Of a stretch of 64,000 bases of DNA, positions 20,985-30,989 are shown piece by piece (position 1 is the stretch's first letter; every line of letters begins with the position of its first letter). The stretch lies in NCBI GenBank assembly GCA_963727775.1, contig CAVSHB010000002.1, forward strand, positions 239,428-303,427, written 5' to 3'. Under the pieces are notes generated by a model. The model did not search any database. It worked only from the letters and a program-made list of their open reading frames with translations, and was not told the origin of the DNA. This DNA comes from an uncultured Nitrospiraceae bacterium. Lineage in GTDB: Bacteria; Nitrospirota; Thermodesulfovibrionia; Thermodesulfovibrionales; SM23-35. A program made the position numbers and the translations under genes.

Positions 20985-21059
20985 TAAAAGACGAAATGGA
21001 CTCGTAATCGGCGCTGAGGTAAACTGGATCATCACATCAGGGAAGGAGATGATCCATCA

Positions 21060-22472
21060 ATGCAAGAATCGCTTCAAAACCGGGCGCGGCACCTATATCA
21101 GGTTGAAGGGTTGAGCCTGAATCAGGTAGCGACGAAGCTGGGCATATCGAGAAAAAAGGTTACCCGCCTCATTCGGCAAGACGACACCAGGAGAAGATCC
21201 TCCGGTAACATCCTGGCGCCCTATGCGCGGTTAATTCAGCAGTGGTACACGGAATATCCGTTTCTGCAGGCCATACAGGTAATGGAGCGGCTGAAGGGCT
21301 ACGGGTATGAGGGAGGGTATACGGCGGTGAAGGATTACACGCTCCCATTAAGAAAGAAGCGGAAGGGCAACTCCTTCCATGCGCTGGAGTTTCTTCCAGG
21401 GGAAGAATCGCAGGTTGATTGGATGCAGAGGAGCATGCCTTTCGGGGTAGTCTACGGGTTCGGCTACATCCTGTCCTATTCGCGGTACCTTTACGCTCAC
21501 TTCTATCTGAGGAGCTCTATGGAGTTTTTCCTGGACGGCCATATTGAGGCCTTCAAAGAAATAGGAGGTGTCGCCAACAGACATGCTTATGACAATCTCA
21601 AGTCCGTAGTCATAAAGAGAAAACCGGAGATAACTTACAATGCTCGTTTTTTGGACTTTGCACGGCACTATAATTTCTCTATCCGTGCCTGCAATCCTGG
21701 CAAGCCTAATGAGAAAGGCAGGGTTGAGCGGGTCATCAGAGACATTGAAAGCTTCCTCGTCATCAATACCTTCGCCGATATCGACGATCTTAATAAAAGA
21801 TTCGGCCTCTGGCGCATACAGAGAAATGCCAGGATTCACCGATCCACGGGAATGCCTCCTGTTGAGGCGTTAAAGCAGGAGAGACTCATAGCTCTCCCCC
21901 AAATCCATTACCTGCCTTACAGACAGGAGCCGGCATCCATCAACAAGACGTGCTTTGTGGAGTTCGACACCAACCGCTACTCAGTGCCATCCCAGTACGG
22001 AGATATGCCCTGCGACATCTTTGGGTATCCTCAGCACATAGAAATAGCGGTGCATGGCAGAAAGATAGCGACGCACAAACGGGTATTCGACAGAAAACAA
22101 AAGATAGAACATCCTTCTCACCGCGAGAAACTTCTCAATATCACTCCCCACTATAAATACAAAAGGATGCACCAGCTTCTGAAGTCCATGGACAAAAACA
22201 TCGAACACTTCCTCAACCGCGCTGAACAAGAGGGACAGGATCCTCTTGAGGTTGCTTACGAACTGTTCAAACTTCTTAAAGGCATAGCCAGGGAGACACT
22301 GATATCGGCGGTCAAGGCCGCCATAAGCATCGATACCTATAGAGTGACCTATATCCAGGGGCTTCTGGGTCCGGCGGGCAATCAGGACAATCCCGTGCAT
22401 CCCCAGAACCCGGGGCTGTTACATATCTCATATGAAGGGAGGCAACTGAGCGATTATGATGAACTTATCTGA
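21060..22472 (+). CDS. istA: IS21-family transposase IstA
   Basis: N-terminal HTH; DDE integrase-like core; 470 aa. Confidence 0.9.
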   Translation: MQESLQNRARHLYQVEGLSLNQVATKLGISRKKVTRLIRQDDTRRRSSGNILAPYARLIQQWYTEYPFLQAIQVMERLKGYGYEGGYTAVKDYTLPLRKKRKGNSFHALEFLPGEESQVDWMQRSMPFGVVYGFGYILSYSRYLYAHFYLRSSMEFFLDGHIEAFKEIGGVANRHAYDNLKSVVIKRKPEITYNARFLDFARHYNFSIRACNPGKPNEKGRVERVIRDIESFLVINTFADIDDLNKRFGLWRIQRNARIHRSTGMPPVEALKQERLIALPQIHYLPYRQEPASINKTCFVEFDTNRYSVPSQYGDMPCDIFGYPQHIEIAVHGRKIATHKRVFDRKQKIEHPSHREKLLNITPHYKYKRMHQLLKSMDKNIEHFLNRAEQEGQDPLEVAYELFKLLKGIARETLISAVKAAISIDTYRVTYIQGLLGPAGNQDNPVHPQNPGLLHISYEGRQLSDYDELI

Positions 22473-23133
22473 GCTGTGGAGGCACTTCAGGCTCCTTGCG
22501 GATCTTGAAGCTCTTTCAAAAGAACAAAAGGAGTTTATGTTGAAGTTCCTCACCGAGGAGTATCATCGAAAGGAGTTAAAAAGGATCCAGTACCTCATGA
22601 ACATGTCCGGCATCAAGAGAACAAAGATCCTCGATGACTTCGACTGGAAATATAATCCAAAGATACCAAGGGACAAGATCATAGAATACATGAACACCCA
22701 GTGGCTTAAGAAACCCAGCAACCTTGTGCTCATAGGCCCGGCCGGTGTCGGTAAAACCCATGTCGCAACCGCACTGTGCCATGATGCCCTTACCAAAGGC
22801 TGTCAGACGGTCTTTCTTACCTTGTTTGACCTCACCGCCAAAATGGCGAAGGCCAAGAGCATCTACAGCTTCATCGAATACCACGCGCGGGCAGCCGTTT
22901 GGTGTCTGGATGAGATCGGCTATGTGATCCCGAGCAAAGAACAGGCAGACTGCATCTTCCAGATAATCTCAAAAAGGGCGGAAGTGGGCACGACCATCGT
23001 CACCACCAACCTTGTACCGTCAAACTGGGGGAAGGTGTTTGATACCGTGACTGCATCGGCGATTCTTGATCGGCTCAGCATGAACGGAAAGTTCATCACC
23101 TTCGAAGGAAGGTCCTATAGAAATAGGCAGTAA
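22456..23133 (+). CDS. istB: IS21-family ATP-binding helper IstB
   Basis: Walker A GPAGVGKTH; Walker B CLDEIGY. Overlaps the istA stop. Confidence 0.9.
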   Translation: MMNLSELWRHFRLLADLEALSKEQKEFMLKFLTEEYHRKELKRIQYLMNMSGIKRTKILDDFDWKYNPKIPRDKIIEYMNTQWLKKPSNLVLIGPAGVGKTHVATALCHDALTKGCQTVFLTLFDLTAKMAKAKSIYSFIEYHARAAVWCLDEIGYVIPSKEQADCIFQIISKRAEVGTTIVTTNLVPSNWGKVFDTVTASAILDRLSMNGKFITFEGRSYRNRQ

Positions 23134-23289
23134 GCTGGGTAGAATAATAACGAAAGTTCCGAATCAGGGTTACAACTGATTAGAGATAACTCGCCTCGGC
23201 GCAGGGCGTTCCACGCTGGATTGCGCCCTGACCAGCTACAGCAGGCATCCGCCGCCGCCATATTCGGTTCCTTTCGAGCGGCGCCCACA

Positions 23290-23630
23290 TAAGGCTCTGG
23301 CTTAGAAAAAGAAAACATCAAAGCGAGTATCTATTCCCCGGTCTACAGCATAGACATTTAGGGTACACTCAAGCCCGCAATATTTTTGTGAAGTATATAT
23401 GTGCTGCAGGGCTGCAGCATAAAGGTTACACGATCCACAGCATGAGACATACCTTTGCGAGTGAACTGCTGAACGCGGGCATGCGCCTGGAATGTCTCCA
23501 GCTCTTGTTGGGCCATCGCGATATAGAGATGACCCGGCGGTATGCTCGCCTTACCGATAAAAGCCGGGAGGAGGAGTACTTCCGTGCCATGGCGATTATC
23601 GAGCAAGGAGGCATTGATGGAGCCTACTGA
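23290..23630 (+). pseudogene. tyrosine recombinase int1, C-terminal part (HxxR and catalytic Tyr region)
   Basis: ...GYTIHSMRHTFASELL...LLGHRDIEMTRRYARL. After removing the IS21 and one TAAGG copy, it is in frame with 19773-20450 (ALMALR|LWLRKRKHQSEYLFPGLQHRHLGYTQARNIF...). Confidence 0.65.
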
Positions 23631-24549
23631 GCTGATTGCGAGATACCGGAGATTTCTGAAGCGGAGGAACTATTCGGTGCACACCGTGAAAAACTACGTC
23701 AATATCCTTGGTCATTTCAGTGCCTGGCTGCGGATTCCTATAGAGCGGGCAACGTCTAAAGAAACGGACGCCTATATGGACCATCTCTTGAGAAGGAGGA
23801 AGAAACCAAAGACCATCAATTGTCATTTCGGCTGCATCCATACCTTTTATGATTATCTTATAGAAGAGGAGAGAATGCCTATTGCCAACCCCGTCAAAAA
23901 GAAATACAGGCTTCGGTTACCGCGGCCGCTGCCCAAACATCTCAGAGACCAGCAGGTTGCAGCACTCTTCAACGAAATCAGCGATACCAGAGATCGGGCC
24001 ATGTTCATGCTAATGCTCAGATGCGGTCTGCGGGTTGAAGAGGTTGCGCGACTGACAGCAGATGCGATAGAGTATCGCAGCAGACAGCTTTATGTCTTCA
24101 ATGGGAAAGGCAGCAAGGACAGAGTTGTCTATCTCAGCGATGACGCTCTGAGTACCTTAAAAACTTATATGGATAAACGTAGATGGTCGAAGGAGAAAAG
24201 GTTGTTCTTAGTGCAAAAGGGGCCGCTTAGGGGGAAGCCGATATCAGTTCGCGGCATTCAAAAGAGGATCGAACACTATGCACAGAGAGCGGGGATAGCG
24301 GTATCCTGTCATCACTTGAGGCACACTATGGCAACACAGTTATTGAATGCAGATGCCGATCTCGTTACCATACAGGATTTACTGGGCCACAGCCGGATCA
24401 CTACAACGCAGTGCTATTGTAGAGTCTCCAATCTCAAAGTGCAGCGGGACTACTATAAAGCCATTAACGTTGTACTGCAAAGGACACAGCCAATAAGAGA
24501 TGATAGCTTTGAGTGGGACAAAAAAGGGATAATAGACAACAGCATATAA
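23617..24549 (+). CDS. tyrosine recombinase int2 (XerC/XerD-like), intact; start overlaps the int1 stop by 14 nt
   Basis: N-terminal SAM-like domain. R...K(GSKDR)...HHLRH...LLGHSRITTTQCYCRV catalytic residues. RBS aaggagg before ATG 23617. Confidence 0.8.
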   Translation: MEPTELIARYRRFLKRRNYSVHTVKNYVNILGHFSAWLRIPIERATSKETDAYMDHLLRRRKKPKTINCHFGCIHTFYDYLIEEERMPIANPVKKKYRLRLPRPLPKHLRDQQVAALFNEISDTRDRAMFMLMLRCGLRVEEVARLTADAIEYRSRQLYVFNGKGSKDRVVYLSDDALSTLKTYMDKRRWSKEKRLFLVQKGPLRGKPISVRGIQKRIEHYAQRAGIAVSCHHLRHTMATQLLNADADLVTIQDLLGHSRITTTQCYCRVSNLKVQRDYYKAINVVLQRTQPIRDDSFEWDKKGIIDNSI

Positions 24550-24614
24550 CCAACTGAAACTAAAAGAAAAAGTAGGTTTTGTTACGTATAGCAGGAAGTA
24601 ATTGAGAGAGATTA

Positions 24615-24872
24615 CTAATCCATTTTCCAGGCTACATATAGAAAGACAGCGAAACAAATTGCCGATATAATCAAGCCCGTGCATGAAAGACCTAATGACG
24701 CATTATTCCAAATAAAAGACGTTACTGAAAGAACTAAACCAGTGCCCGTACCTAATGAACAGATAAAACAAAGGATTAATTTTGAATCCTGAGCAAAACT
24801 GCGTTTTATAACCTCTAAGAACCCTTTTTTGAGAGATGAGATATATCCCAATATATAGGCTTCATCAATCAC
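24615..24872 (-). CDS. hypothetical small membrane protein
   Basis: Two hydrophobic helices; low-GC region. Confidence 0.25.
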   Translation of the reverse strand: MIDEAYILGYISSLKKGFLEVIKRSFAQDSKLILCFICSLGTGTGLVLSVTSFIWNNASLGLSCTGLIISAICFAVFLYVAWKMD

Positions 24873-25288
24873 TATTTTCTCAATTTCTTAGCAATATATA
24901 CTCGGAGTTTGCACTGACAAAAAAAGATACCGCCAAAATGGAGAGAGAATTTACATTGCAATGGGTCCGCTATTAGGCAAGCGACAAACGATTCTAACCC
25001 AACATCTCTTGCTTTACAGAGATTCTTCAGACCGGATGTATAACATGAAAATTCTTTTGGGCATTTCAGTCCGTCAATCATTTCCTCTATATGTTCTTGA
25101 ATAGCCTTTTCCATGATTTACTTTATCAAAGTGGTGACGATAAAGATGTCAGCGGTGGGCTATTTTTTGTGTAGGACTTTCAGATTTTTTTTGTGGGCAT
25201 TGTCCTACATCAAGCAATATATGAAAAAGCACTGATTCCAGAGCATATGTGGTGAACTGCCCCACACATGTTGAGCGCTAACGATTAC

Positions 25289-25356
25289 CGGTTGTACAGC
25301 ACAGAATTATTACATTTCTTAAAGGTGCGGCTTTCAGGAAGGAAGCTTGCGCATGG
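25289..25356 (+). repeat. 65-bp module-spacer repeat, copy R1 (+ orientation)
   Basis: GGTTGTACAGCACAGAATTATTACATTTC..GGCTTTCAGGAAGGAAGCTTGCGCATGG. Confidence 0.8.
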
Positions 25357-25402
25357 GCTCTCCTTGCCCCATGTCAACGGGTACCCCCTCGTCACTCTTT
25401 AT

Positions 25403-27036
25403 CCTAAAAAAAGCAGTTAGAGATCATGCCACACCAGTTTGAGGGAGCAATTTCCCTGAATTTATGTTCAAAGGGCCGATGATTTTTCTAAAAGCATGCA
25501 TTGCTACAATCCTCATCCGCTCAGCGATATTCAACTGCTCCGCAGTGGTCCTAATATCCCCGAGGAACAGTGATAGTCGTAACAATGCTCCCCGCACCTT
25601 TTCAGCCTTTGCATGAGGACTGGTAATAGTCAGAAAAGTCTGTCCCCCATGTTTTGTCTGTTTCGCAACTGCGTGTAACAGCAACGGTCTGCTCGTTATT
25701 GCCTCATGATGTTTATTTGGATTGGCCAGGCGCACAAACAGCGACCACCAGTTATATACAAGAGCTACCATGCGACTAATCATGCGGCATCGCTTCAAAT
25801 CCTTTGTCGTATATCCGCCCCAGCCCCACTGATTCTTTAACTCGTCAAAGATATTTTCACTGTCTGCACGATCCCGGTAATGCTGTGCAATACTTGATAC
25901 CTCATCAGAAAGAGAAGTCACCAGCACCGTGTACTCATACTTAGCCACTCCCCCTTGTGTCTCGATGAAACTCATCTCCATTTGATCTTTCCCTTTTTTC
26001 TGCAAAAGAATATCCCCAGGTATAGGTCGGCGCAGCACGATCACCCGGCGACTACGGCTCCACCCAAATAACTTCAGCTCTGACTCCATTCCATAGTATC
26101 CGGCACCGGCTTTTACCCATTCTTCCATCTCAAACATTCTCTCGATCAATCTTTTTACATTCTTCGTAATCCTCAGCTTTGTGACATAATGTATACTACG
26201 TTTTTCTGCCTCTGATAACACTCCCTCTACTCCAAACGCTATATCTCCACGGATGAAGGCCGGCCGATTATCCCGGGGAATACTCTCTACCAATTCCCAT
26301 AATCCAGCCGTGCTGTGACTCGATGCGGTCTCATTGCCCGCCTTCACTTCTACCTTTAACGCTAATCGTGTGTTTGCCATAAAATAACTGTGGTAACTGT
26401 GTGAGGGCCGCCCAGGTTTCTTAGGATTATATCCCACAACTGCCCCCTCTTGTTTGCCATACAGACACTTTACCGTCGTGTCCGTATCAAGTATCCAGGA
26501 GGGGCCTGATACTGCCGATAATACAGGCATCGTGCAGCGTGCAAGCTCTGATTCAAGCCATTGTATCCCAGTCCCTTCTTCTATCTGCAATAAGGCCCGA
26601 CGCGCCGCATCTTCACTGATTATCTTATCCATCCCCAATAACTCGGGATTCACTCCATCACTTCGTATCGCTGCGATATGTGCATATCGCTTATGTCCCG
26701 CAAGTATCGAAAGCATGAGAGTGCCTAACACGTTTCTCTTCTTCGGCGCATTCGGGCTGCTATAGGAGAGGGGACACTCTTTTACAAAGGAATCAAACAA
26801 CCCGCTGACTTTCAGAAATTCTATGAAAAATGGCAACTGCCCCAATGGGGTAACAGCTGCATCAGGGTCCCATTCTACGTGTATCTTCCCCGCATATGTA
26901 TCAATTCCTACTGAGTTGCTCCTTGCTATCGCACGCCGTTTTGCCTCACCCATTAGGTGAACCCTCCTGCCACTCTTTTTCCGTTTATTATTGCATGCTT
27001 CGCCCCTTATGTGTATCCCGTACCGCTTTTTTTAGG
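25403..27036 (-). mobile_element. IS1380-family insertion sequence (copy C), ~1634 bp
   Basis: IRs CCTAAAAAAAGCAGT (25403) and ACCGCTTTTTTTAGG (ends 27036) bracket the transposase. Confidence 0.65.
25424..26953 (-). CDS. IS1380/IS4-type DDE transposase
   Basis: 509 aa; GYNPKKPGRPSHSYH...YRDRADSENIFDELKNQWGWGGY motifs. Confidence 0.8.
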   Translation of the reverse strand: MGEAKRRAIARSNSVGIDTYAGKIHVEWDPDAAVTPLGQLPFFIEFLKVSGLFDSFVKECPLSYSSPNAPKKRNVLGTLMLSILAGHKRYAHIAAIRSDGVNPELLGMDKIISEDAARRALLQIEEGTGIQWLESELARCTMPVLSAVSGPSWILDTDTTVKCLYGKQEGAVVGYNPKKPGRPSHSYHSYFMANTRLALKVEVKAGNETASSHSTAGLWELVESIPRDNRPAFIRGDIAFGVEGVLSEAEKRSIHYVTKLRITKNVKRLIERMFEMEEWVKAGAGYYGMESELKLFGWSRSRRVIVLRRPIPGDILLQKKGKDQMEMSFIETQGGVAKYEYTVLVTSLSDEVSSIAQHYRDRADSENIFDELKNQWGWGGYTTKDLKRCRMISRMVALVYNWWSLFVRLANPNKHHEAITSRPLLLHAVAKQTKHGGQTFLTITSPHAKAEKVRGALLRLSLFLGDIRTTAEQLNIAERMRIVAMHAFRKIIGPLNINSGKLLPQTGVA

Positions 27037-27085
27037 TTTATAGACCTTACTCCATATTCCGGTTGGTATCACATACATACGGCAC

Positions 27086-27640
27086 TCATTGCCACCGGAT
27101 AATGCGGTCTTCGTAGTCTATCTGGAAGCGGGAGCTTTTGAGCATATCATTGCCGAGCAGTCCGTCGTAACTTCCGACCGCGCTAACCGGCACTTGGACA
27201 CTACTAACCCGCCTCGGGCCGATGCTGATCGAATCGAGAACCACCAAACCAGCCAAGCTGAACCCTCCGACCCCTTGTATCAGCGAAAGGTTGGCGTCTT
27301 TAGGGTTTATTTCCAGCTGCCTGGCAATATTCGGACTGATGAGCGATGTAGCAGCGCCAGTGTCAAACACGAACTGACCTTTGACCTCACGCCCCTTGTA
27401 GCTGACTGTGACCGGAACCACGATATGATTGTCTACAAGTTTGAAAGATGTCTCGGTCAGACTGTCACTTTCCTGAGCGTCGCGGGACACTATTTGAGCC
27501 TTATCTCCCGGATCGTCGGTAAATCTGACGTTGCCGTTATCGTCAATGTACTTATATATATCGGCGGCAGACGGTGAGTAGAAAATGAGAATAACAACCG
27601 CAACGGTAAGATAGCCTACCTGTGAATGCGCAAGTTTCAT
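27086..27640 (-). CDS. secreted retropepsin-like (clan AA) aspartic protease with DUF4124-like N-terminal region
   Basis: Signal/TM segment; YKYIDDNGNVRFTDDP; catalytic FVFDTGAATSLIS. Confidence 0.6.
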   Translation of the reverse strand: MKLAHSQVGYLTVAVVILIFYSPSAADIYKYIDDNGNVRFTDDPGDKAQIVSRDAQESDSLTETSFKLVDNHIVVPVTVSYKGREVKGQFVFDTGAATSLISPNIARQLEINPKDANLSLIQGVGGFSLAGLVVLDSISIGPRRVSSVQVPVSAVGSYDGLLGNDMLKSSRFQIDYEDRIIRWQ

Positions 27641-27700
27641 AATGTGTTCTACTCCCTATCGAGTCCTGTGTTGTCGCGAAAATCTTTCCATTGATAATTT

Positions 27701-27766
27701 CCGAGTGTACTATGCAGAATTATATCAAGTTTCAAACATGTTTGCTTCAGGAAGAAGGGTTGCACT
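27701..27766 (+). repeat. 65-bp module-spacer repeat, copy R2
   Basis: GAGTGTACTATGCAGAATTATATCAAGTTTC..GCTTCAGGAAGAAGGGTTGC. Confidence 0.8.
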
Positions 27767-27787
27767 TGTTCTTGTAATTATGCATGT

Positions 27788-28297
27788 TTAATAATTCGAA
27801 ACACCCCATCCCCAAAGTATTGCCGGTATTTCAACTGCAAGGAGACCTCCAATGAAGGAGAACGCATTTGCAACAAAGCTGTATGCCATGCTTCTCAAAA
27901 GTGATGGCGCAGCTTCAGGTTGTCGTGTAAGTCTTGGTGATCGAAGAAGGTAAAAAACCGCTATCCCCTCGGCTAAGGTGACTGCGATTTCGCCGACAAT
28001 TCCCACAATCGTCACGCCAACGAAGTTTTGCATTGCAACTATTGCAGTCATAAGAAGGATAAATGTGACGGTTGTAATCACTGTCCACACCCCTACAAAT
28101 CGCCAGAAGTAGGGATTTGTTCCCTTTCCCAATCGCGCCACAATGACCCCTTCCATCGGCAGTAGGATGGGTACAACAACAAGTGGAACCGGGTTCAAGA
28201 TTATTGGATCAGCGAAAGCGATGGACGGGCAAAGCATACTTGCCACCAGCAATATAAAAAGATCCCTAAGGTTGTTTTTTGATTCGTGATTATTCAT
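27788..28297 (-). CDS. hypothetical polytopic membrane protein
   Basis: Five to six hydrophobic helices. Confidence 0.45.
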   Translation of the reverse strand: MNNHESKNNLRDLFILLVASMLCPSIAFADPIILNPVPLVVVPILLPMEGVIVARLGKGTNPYFWRFVGVWTVITTVTFILLMTAIVAMQNFVGVTIVGIVGEIAVTLAEGIAVFYLLRSPRLTRQPEAAPSLLRSMAYSFVANAFSFIGGLLAVEIPAILWGWGVSNY

Positions 28298-28606
28298 CCT
28301 TCCATCTACGGCTACAAAGTCGTCCTTTCGGTTATAACCTGTACAATTATATCATTCTCATGTGGTCTCAGCTTCGGGAGGCAGTCTTACCCGTGGTAAC
28401 TTTCGAGAATAACCGCATGTCTGTATTCTTCTTTCGAGCGAAAAGTTTGCTGAGAGCTCATCTGGCAGCAAATTGGAAAATGCCTACAGAGTATAATAGT
28501 TTGGTAAAGACGATGACGACATTACATATTTTTTTATCCGTCCTTCTGGCTACTGACCCTTGGTCAGTCAGTTCCATTCGGGTTTCGAAAACATAAGACG
28601 AATGTA

Positions 28607-29452
28607 TTGATTATGACAAGAAGACTTAAGTTTCTACTAATCATCATGATATTGTTGGGCATATATATTGGCCGGAGCTATTGGCCATTTAAAGAGCAAA
28701 TAAAGATAGAGACGGCTCATTACACTATCTATTCTACAGCGACGCAGCAGCAAACTATTCTTATCGGAGAAGCAAGTGAAAGCTTGTACGCTGCCTATAC
28801 CGATTTTTTCAAAGATATGATAGATGCAAAAGAGCACAAGGGACGGCTAAGGATGAGGCTTTATAAGGATAGAGATGAGTTTAAGGCACACAACTGGAGT
28901 GCTCCCTGGGCAGAAGCATTCTATCACAACCCGTATTGTTATGCCTACTATCCCGAAAGTGAGGCCAATCCATATCACTGGATGATACACGAGGGAACCC
29001 ATCAATTAAACCGGGAAGTTGCCCATTTTAAGGTGCCCGAATGGATTGATGAAGGCTTAGCAACATATTTCGGTTCAAGCAAAATAAGAAATGGTAGATT
29101 GCAACCCGGTGAAATCGATGTGAACACGTATCCTATATGGATACTACAAACTATTTCCTTGACGGGCAACCTTCAGAAGGATATCAACAATAACAAGATA
29201 ATTCCTCTTCGCGCCCTAATTACAGGGACAGGAGGGCCTAATATCATCAGGCATTTTAATCTATACTACGTCCATTATTGGAGCCTGACACACTTTTTAT
29301 TTCACTATACGAACGGAAAATATTCTGATGGCTATAAAAGTTTGATCCGCGCAGGCGGCACATTGGAAGAATTTGAGAAGAGAATCGGATCGGTAGATCG
29401 GATACAGAACGAATGGTATGAGTACTTGCGACAGAGCGTGTCAGAAGTGTAG
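28607..29452 (+). CDS. putative zinc metallopeptidase (HExxH; DUF1570-like)
   Basis: N-terminal TM anchor; WMIHEGTHQLNRE (HExxH). Confidence 0.5.
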   Translation: MIMTRRLKFLLIIMILLGIYIGRSYWPFKEQIKIETAHYTIYSTATQQQTILIGEASESLYAAYTDFFKDMIDAKEHKGRLRMRLYKDRDEFKAHNWSAPWAEAFYHNPYCYAYYPESEANPYHWMIHEGTHQLNREVAHFKVPEWIDEGLATYFGSSKIRNGRLQPGEIDVNTYPIWILQTISLTGNLQKDINNNKIIPLRALITGTGGPNIIRHFNLYYVHYWSLTHFLFHYTNGKYSDGYKSLIRAGGTLEEFEKRIGSVDRIQNEWYEYLRQSVSEV

Positions 29453-29543
29453 AAAAAATGAAAGAGCCCTAACAGTTAAGTCATGCCAAATATTAACTTA
29501 AGGTTGACATCAGTATAGAAGCGCGAGAGTCTTGTCTGTTCCC

Positions 29544-29610
29544 ACTTGTACTGAACATGATTATATCAGGTTTCGGTGCCGTTGACTTCAACAAGGAAGG
29601 ATTATTGCCT
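29544..29610 (+). repeat. 65-bp module-spacer repeat, copy R3 (between convergent genes)
   Basis: CTTGTACTGAACATGATTATATCAGGTTTC..ACAAGGAAGGATTATTGCC. Confidence 0.75.
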
Positions 29611-29703
29611 ATCAGGACTCTCTGGAATACTACGTTTCTTTCACCCCGTAAGGCGCATAGCTTTTTTATCAAAGAGACCTGATAACCTTTAAAAACAGAA
29701 AGA

Positions 29704-30687
29704 TCAGAAAACATTCACTTTGAATGTCACTACTTTTGCAGGCGGCACATCCTTCTCCCAAGGTCTTATATATCTAAAGTTGATTGCTGTTTTACCCTTC
29801 CCGGTAGCCTCGAAGAGCCAAACTTCTTTACCTCCTGCACCGATAAGCCCGGTTTGCGATTTCCTATATTTGTTGCGCACTAACCTGATAATTGTGCTCT
29901 CTTTTGGGCTGATCATCTCCCAGTGATATCCTGTGGTGACGTTTGAATCAAGAACAAGCGTAAAATGTTGACCAGGGGCTACTTCAATCTCCAAGCTGGG
30001 ATTGCTGAACTCAAGTATATTCGATGCGACATTAATCACTTTTGCTCCGACAAAAGTACCGGAACTTTCGAAATCAAAGGCGATCAGTACAGTACCGAGA
30101 AGTTCACAAGCGTGACAGCCATTCTGGAGGCGGTAGGCAGCAACAAACCTCTTTCCCTTGTTTAAAAGATCTTCGCCCTTCACACAAGGGGCGTCATATC
30201 TGTCACCAGGCCAGAGATTCACTTTAGGAAAATTGTGGGCTATTTGTTCATACAGTTTGTGCTTCGTTAGGTCCACATTCTTTAAAATGTCATTATCGTC
30301 GATGTCGATGACCGACGGGTTTCCGTTTACGAGATAACATCCGTAGTTCTCATTCGCCCTAAATGGATAAAAAACTTGAGCGATATCCACCGCTCCGTCC
30401 CTTTGGAAGGCTGTTATATAGGCCGTATTTCCTATGTGTTTGGTAAAGACGATAGCCTCGCATGGGGCCCCTGAATCTTTCATCACGGTGACGAAACAAG
30501 CCCCAAAGTCCTTCACCGCTTCCATTGAACAGCGCTCAAGCACTTGTTGCCTAAAGGAACTACCGGGATTCCAGACTACTTCCGGACCTATCTGCTGATT
30601 TTCGGCTGAGGCGACACCAGTCAGGAAGCATATTATTATAAATATCTGGGCAATCAAACTCTTTATAGGCTCCCCTTTTTCTGACAT
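29704..30687 (-). CDS. hypothetical secreted protein
   Basis: Signal peptide; 327 aa; no family recognised. Confidence 0.5.
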   Translation of the reverse strand: MSEKGEPIKSLIAQIFIIICFLTGVASAENQQIGPEVVWNPGSSFRQQVLERCSMEAVKDFGACFVTVMKDSGAPCEAIVFTKHIGNTAYITAFQRDGAVDIAQVFYPFRANENYGCYLVNGNPSVIDIDDNDILKNVDLTKHKLYEQIAHNFPKVNLWPGDRYDAPCVKGEDLLNKGKRFVAAYRLQNGCHACELLGTVLIAFDFESSGTFVGAKVINVASNILEFSNPSLEIEVAPGQHFTLVLDSNVTTGYHWEMISPKESTIIRLVRNKYRKSQTGLIGAGGKEVWLFEATGKGKTAINFRYIRPWEKDVPPAKVVTFKVNVF

Positions 30688-30774
30688 CGCTTTAAGAATC
30701 TAAACCTCCCCCAAAAGACACTTCAAAACTCATTTCTCATTTTTTAAATCCAGCAAGACATTTCACCCATTCCA

Positions 30775-30840
30775 GTTGAACTGCGCACAATCATAGCACC
30801 TTTGAATGGTGTTACCTACAGGAAGGAAGCTTGCGCATAT
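30775..30840 (+). repeat. 65-bp module-spacer repeat, copy R4
   Basis: GTTGAACTGCGCACAATCATAGCACC..CCTACAGGAAGGAAGCTTGCGCATAT. Confidence 0.75.
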
Positions 30841-30989
30841 ACCTTCATCTTTTTTCACAATGCGTCTTTCGCCCCGTAATAAAAAGGGTATTTTTACGAG
30901 CGGATTCCCCGCTGGAACACCTCGGTTAGATGTAGTCATCATCGCCCAATGTCAGGGCTGACCCCATTCCCCTGTTACTTACAACAAGC

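Larger units (their letters stand above)
20451..23289 (+). mobile_element. IS21-family insertion sequence (istA+istB), 2839 bp, 5-bp TSD TAAGG
   Basis: TIRs TGTGGGCGGCGGAG (20451) and CGAGCGGCGCCCACA (ends 23289). TAAGG occurs directly outside both ends. Three direct copies of ATGATAAAAGACGAGATAC lie in the left end, the multiple terminal repeats typical of IS21. Confidence 0.8.

Noticed and set aside
27001-27036. A clean 4-bp target duplication for the IS1380-like element at 25403-27036
   Set aside because: Flanks are TTAT and TTTA, not identical. Element boundaries are therefore approximate to within 2 bp.
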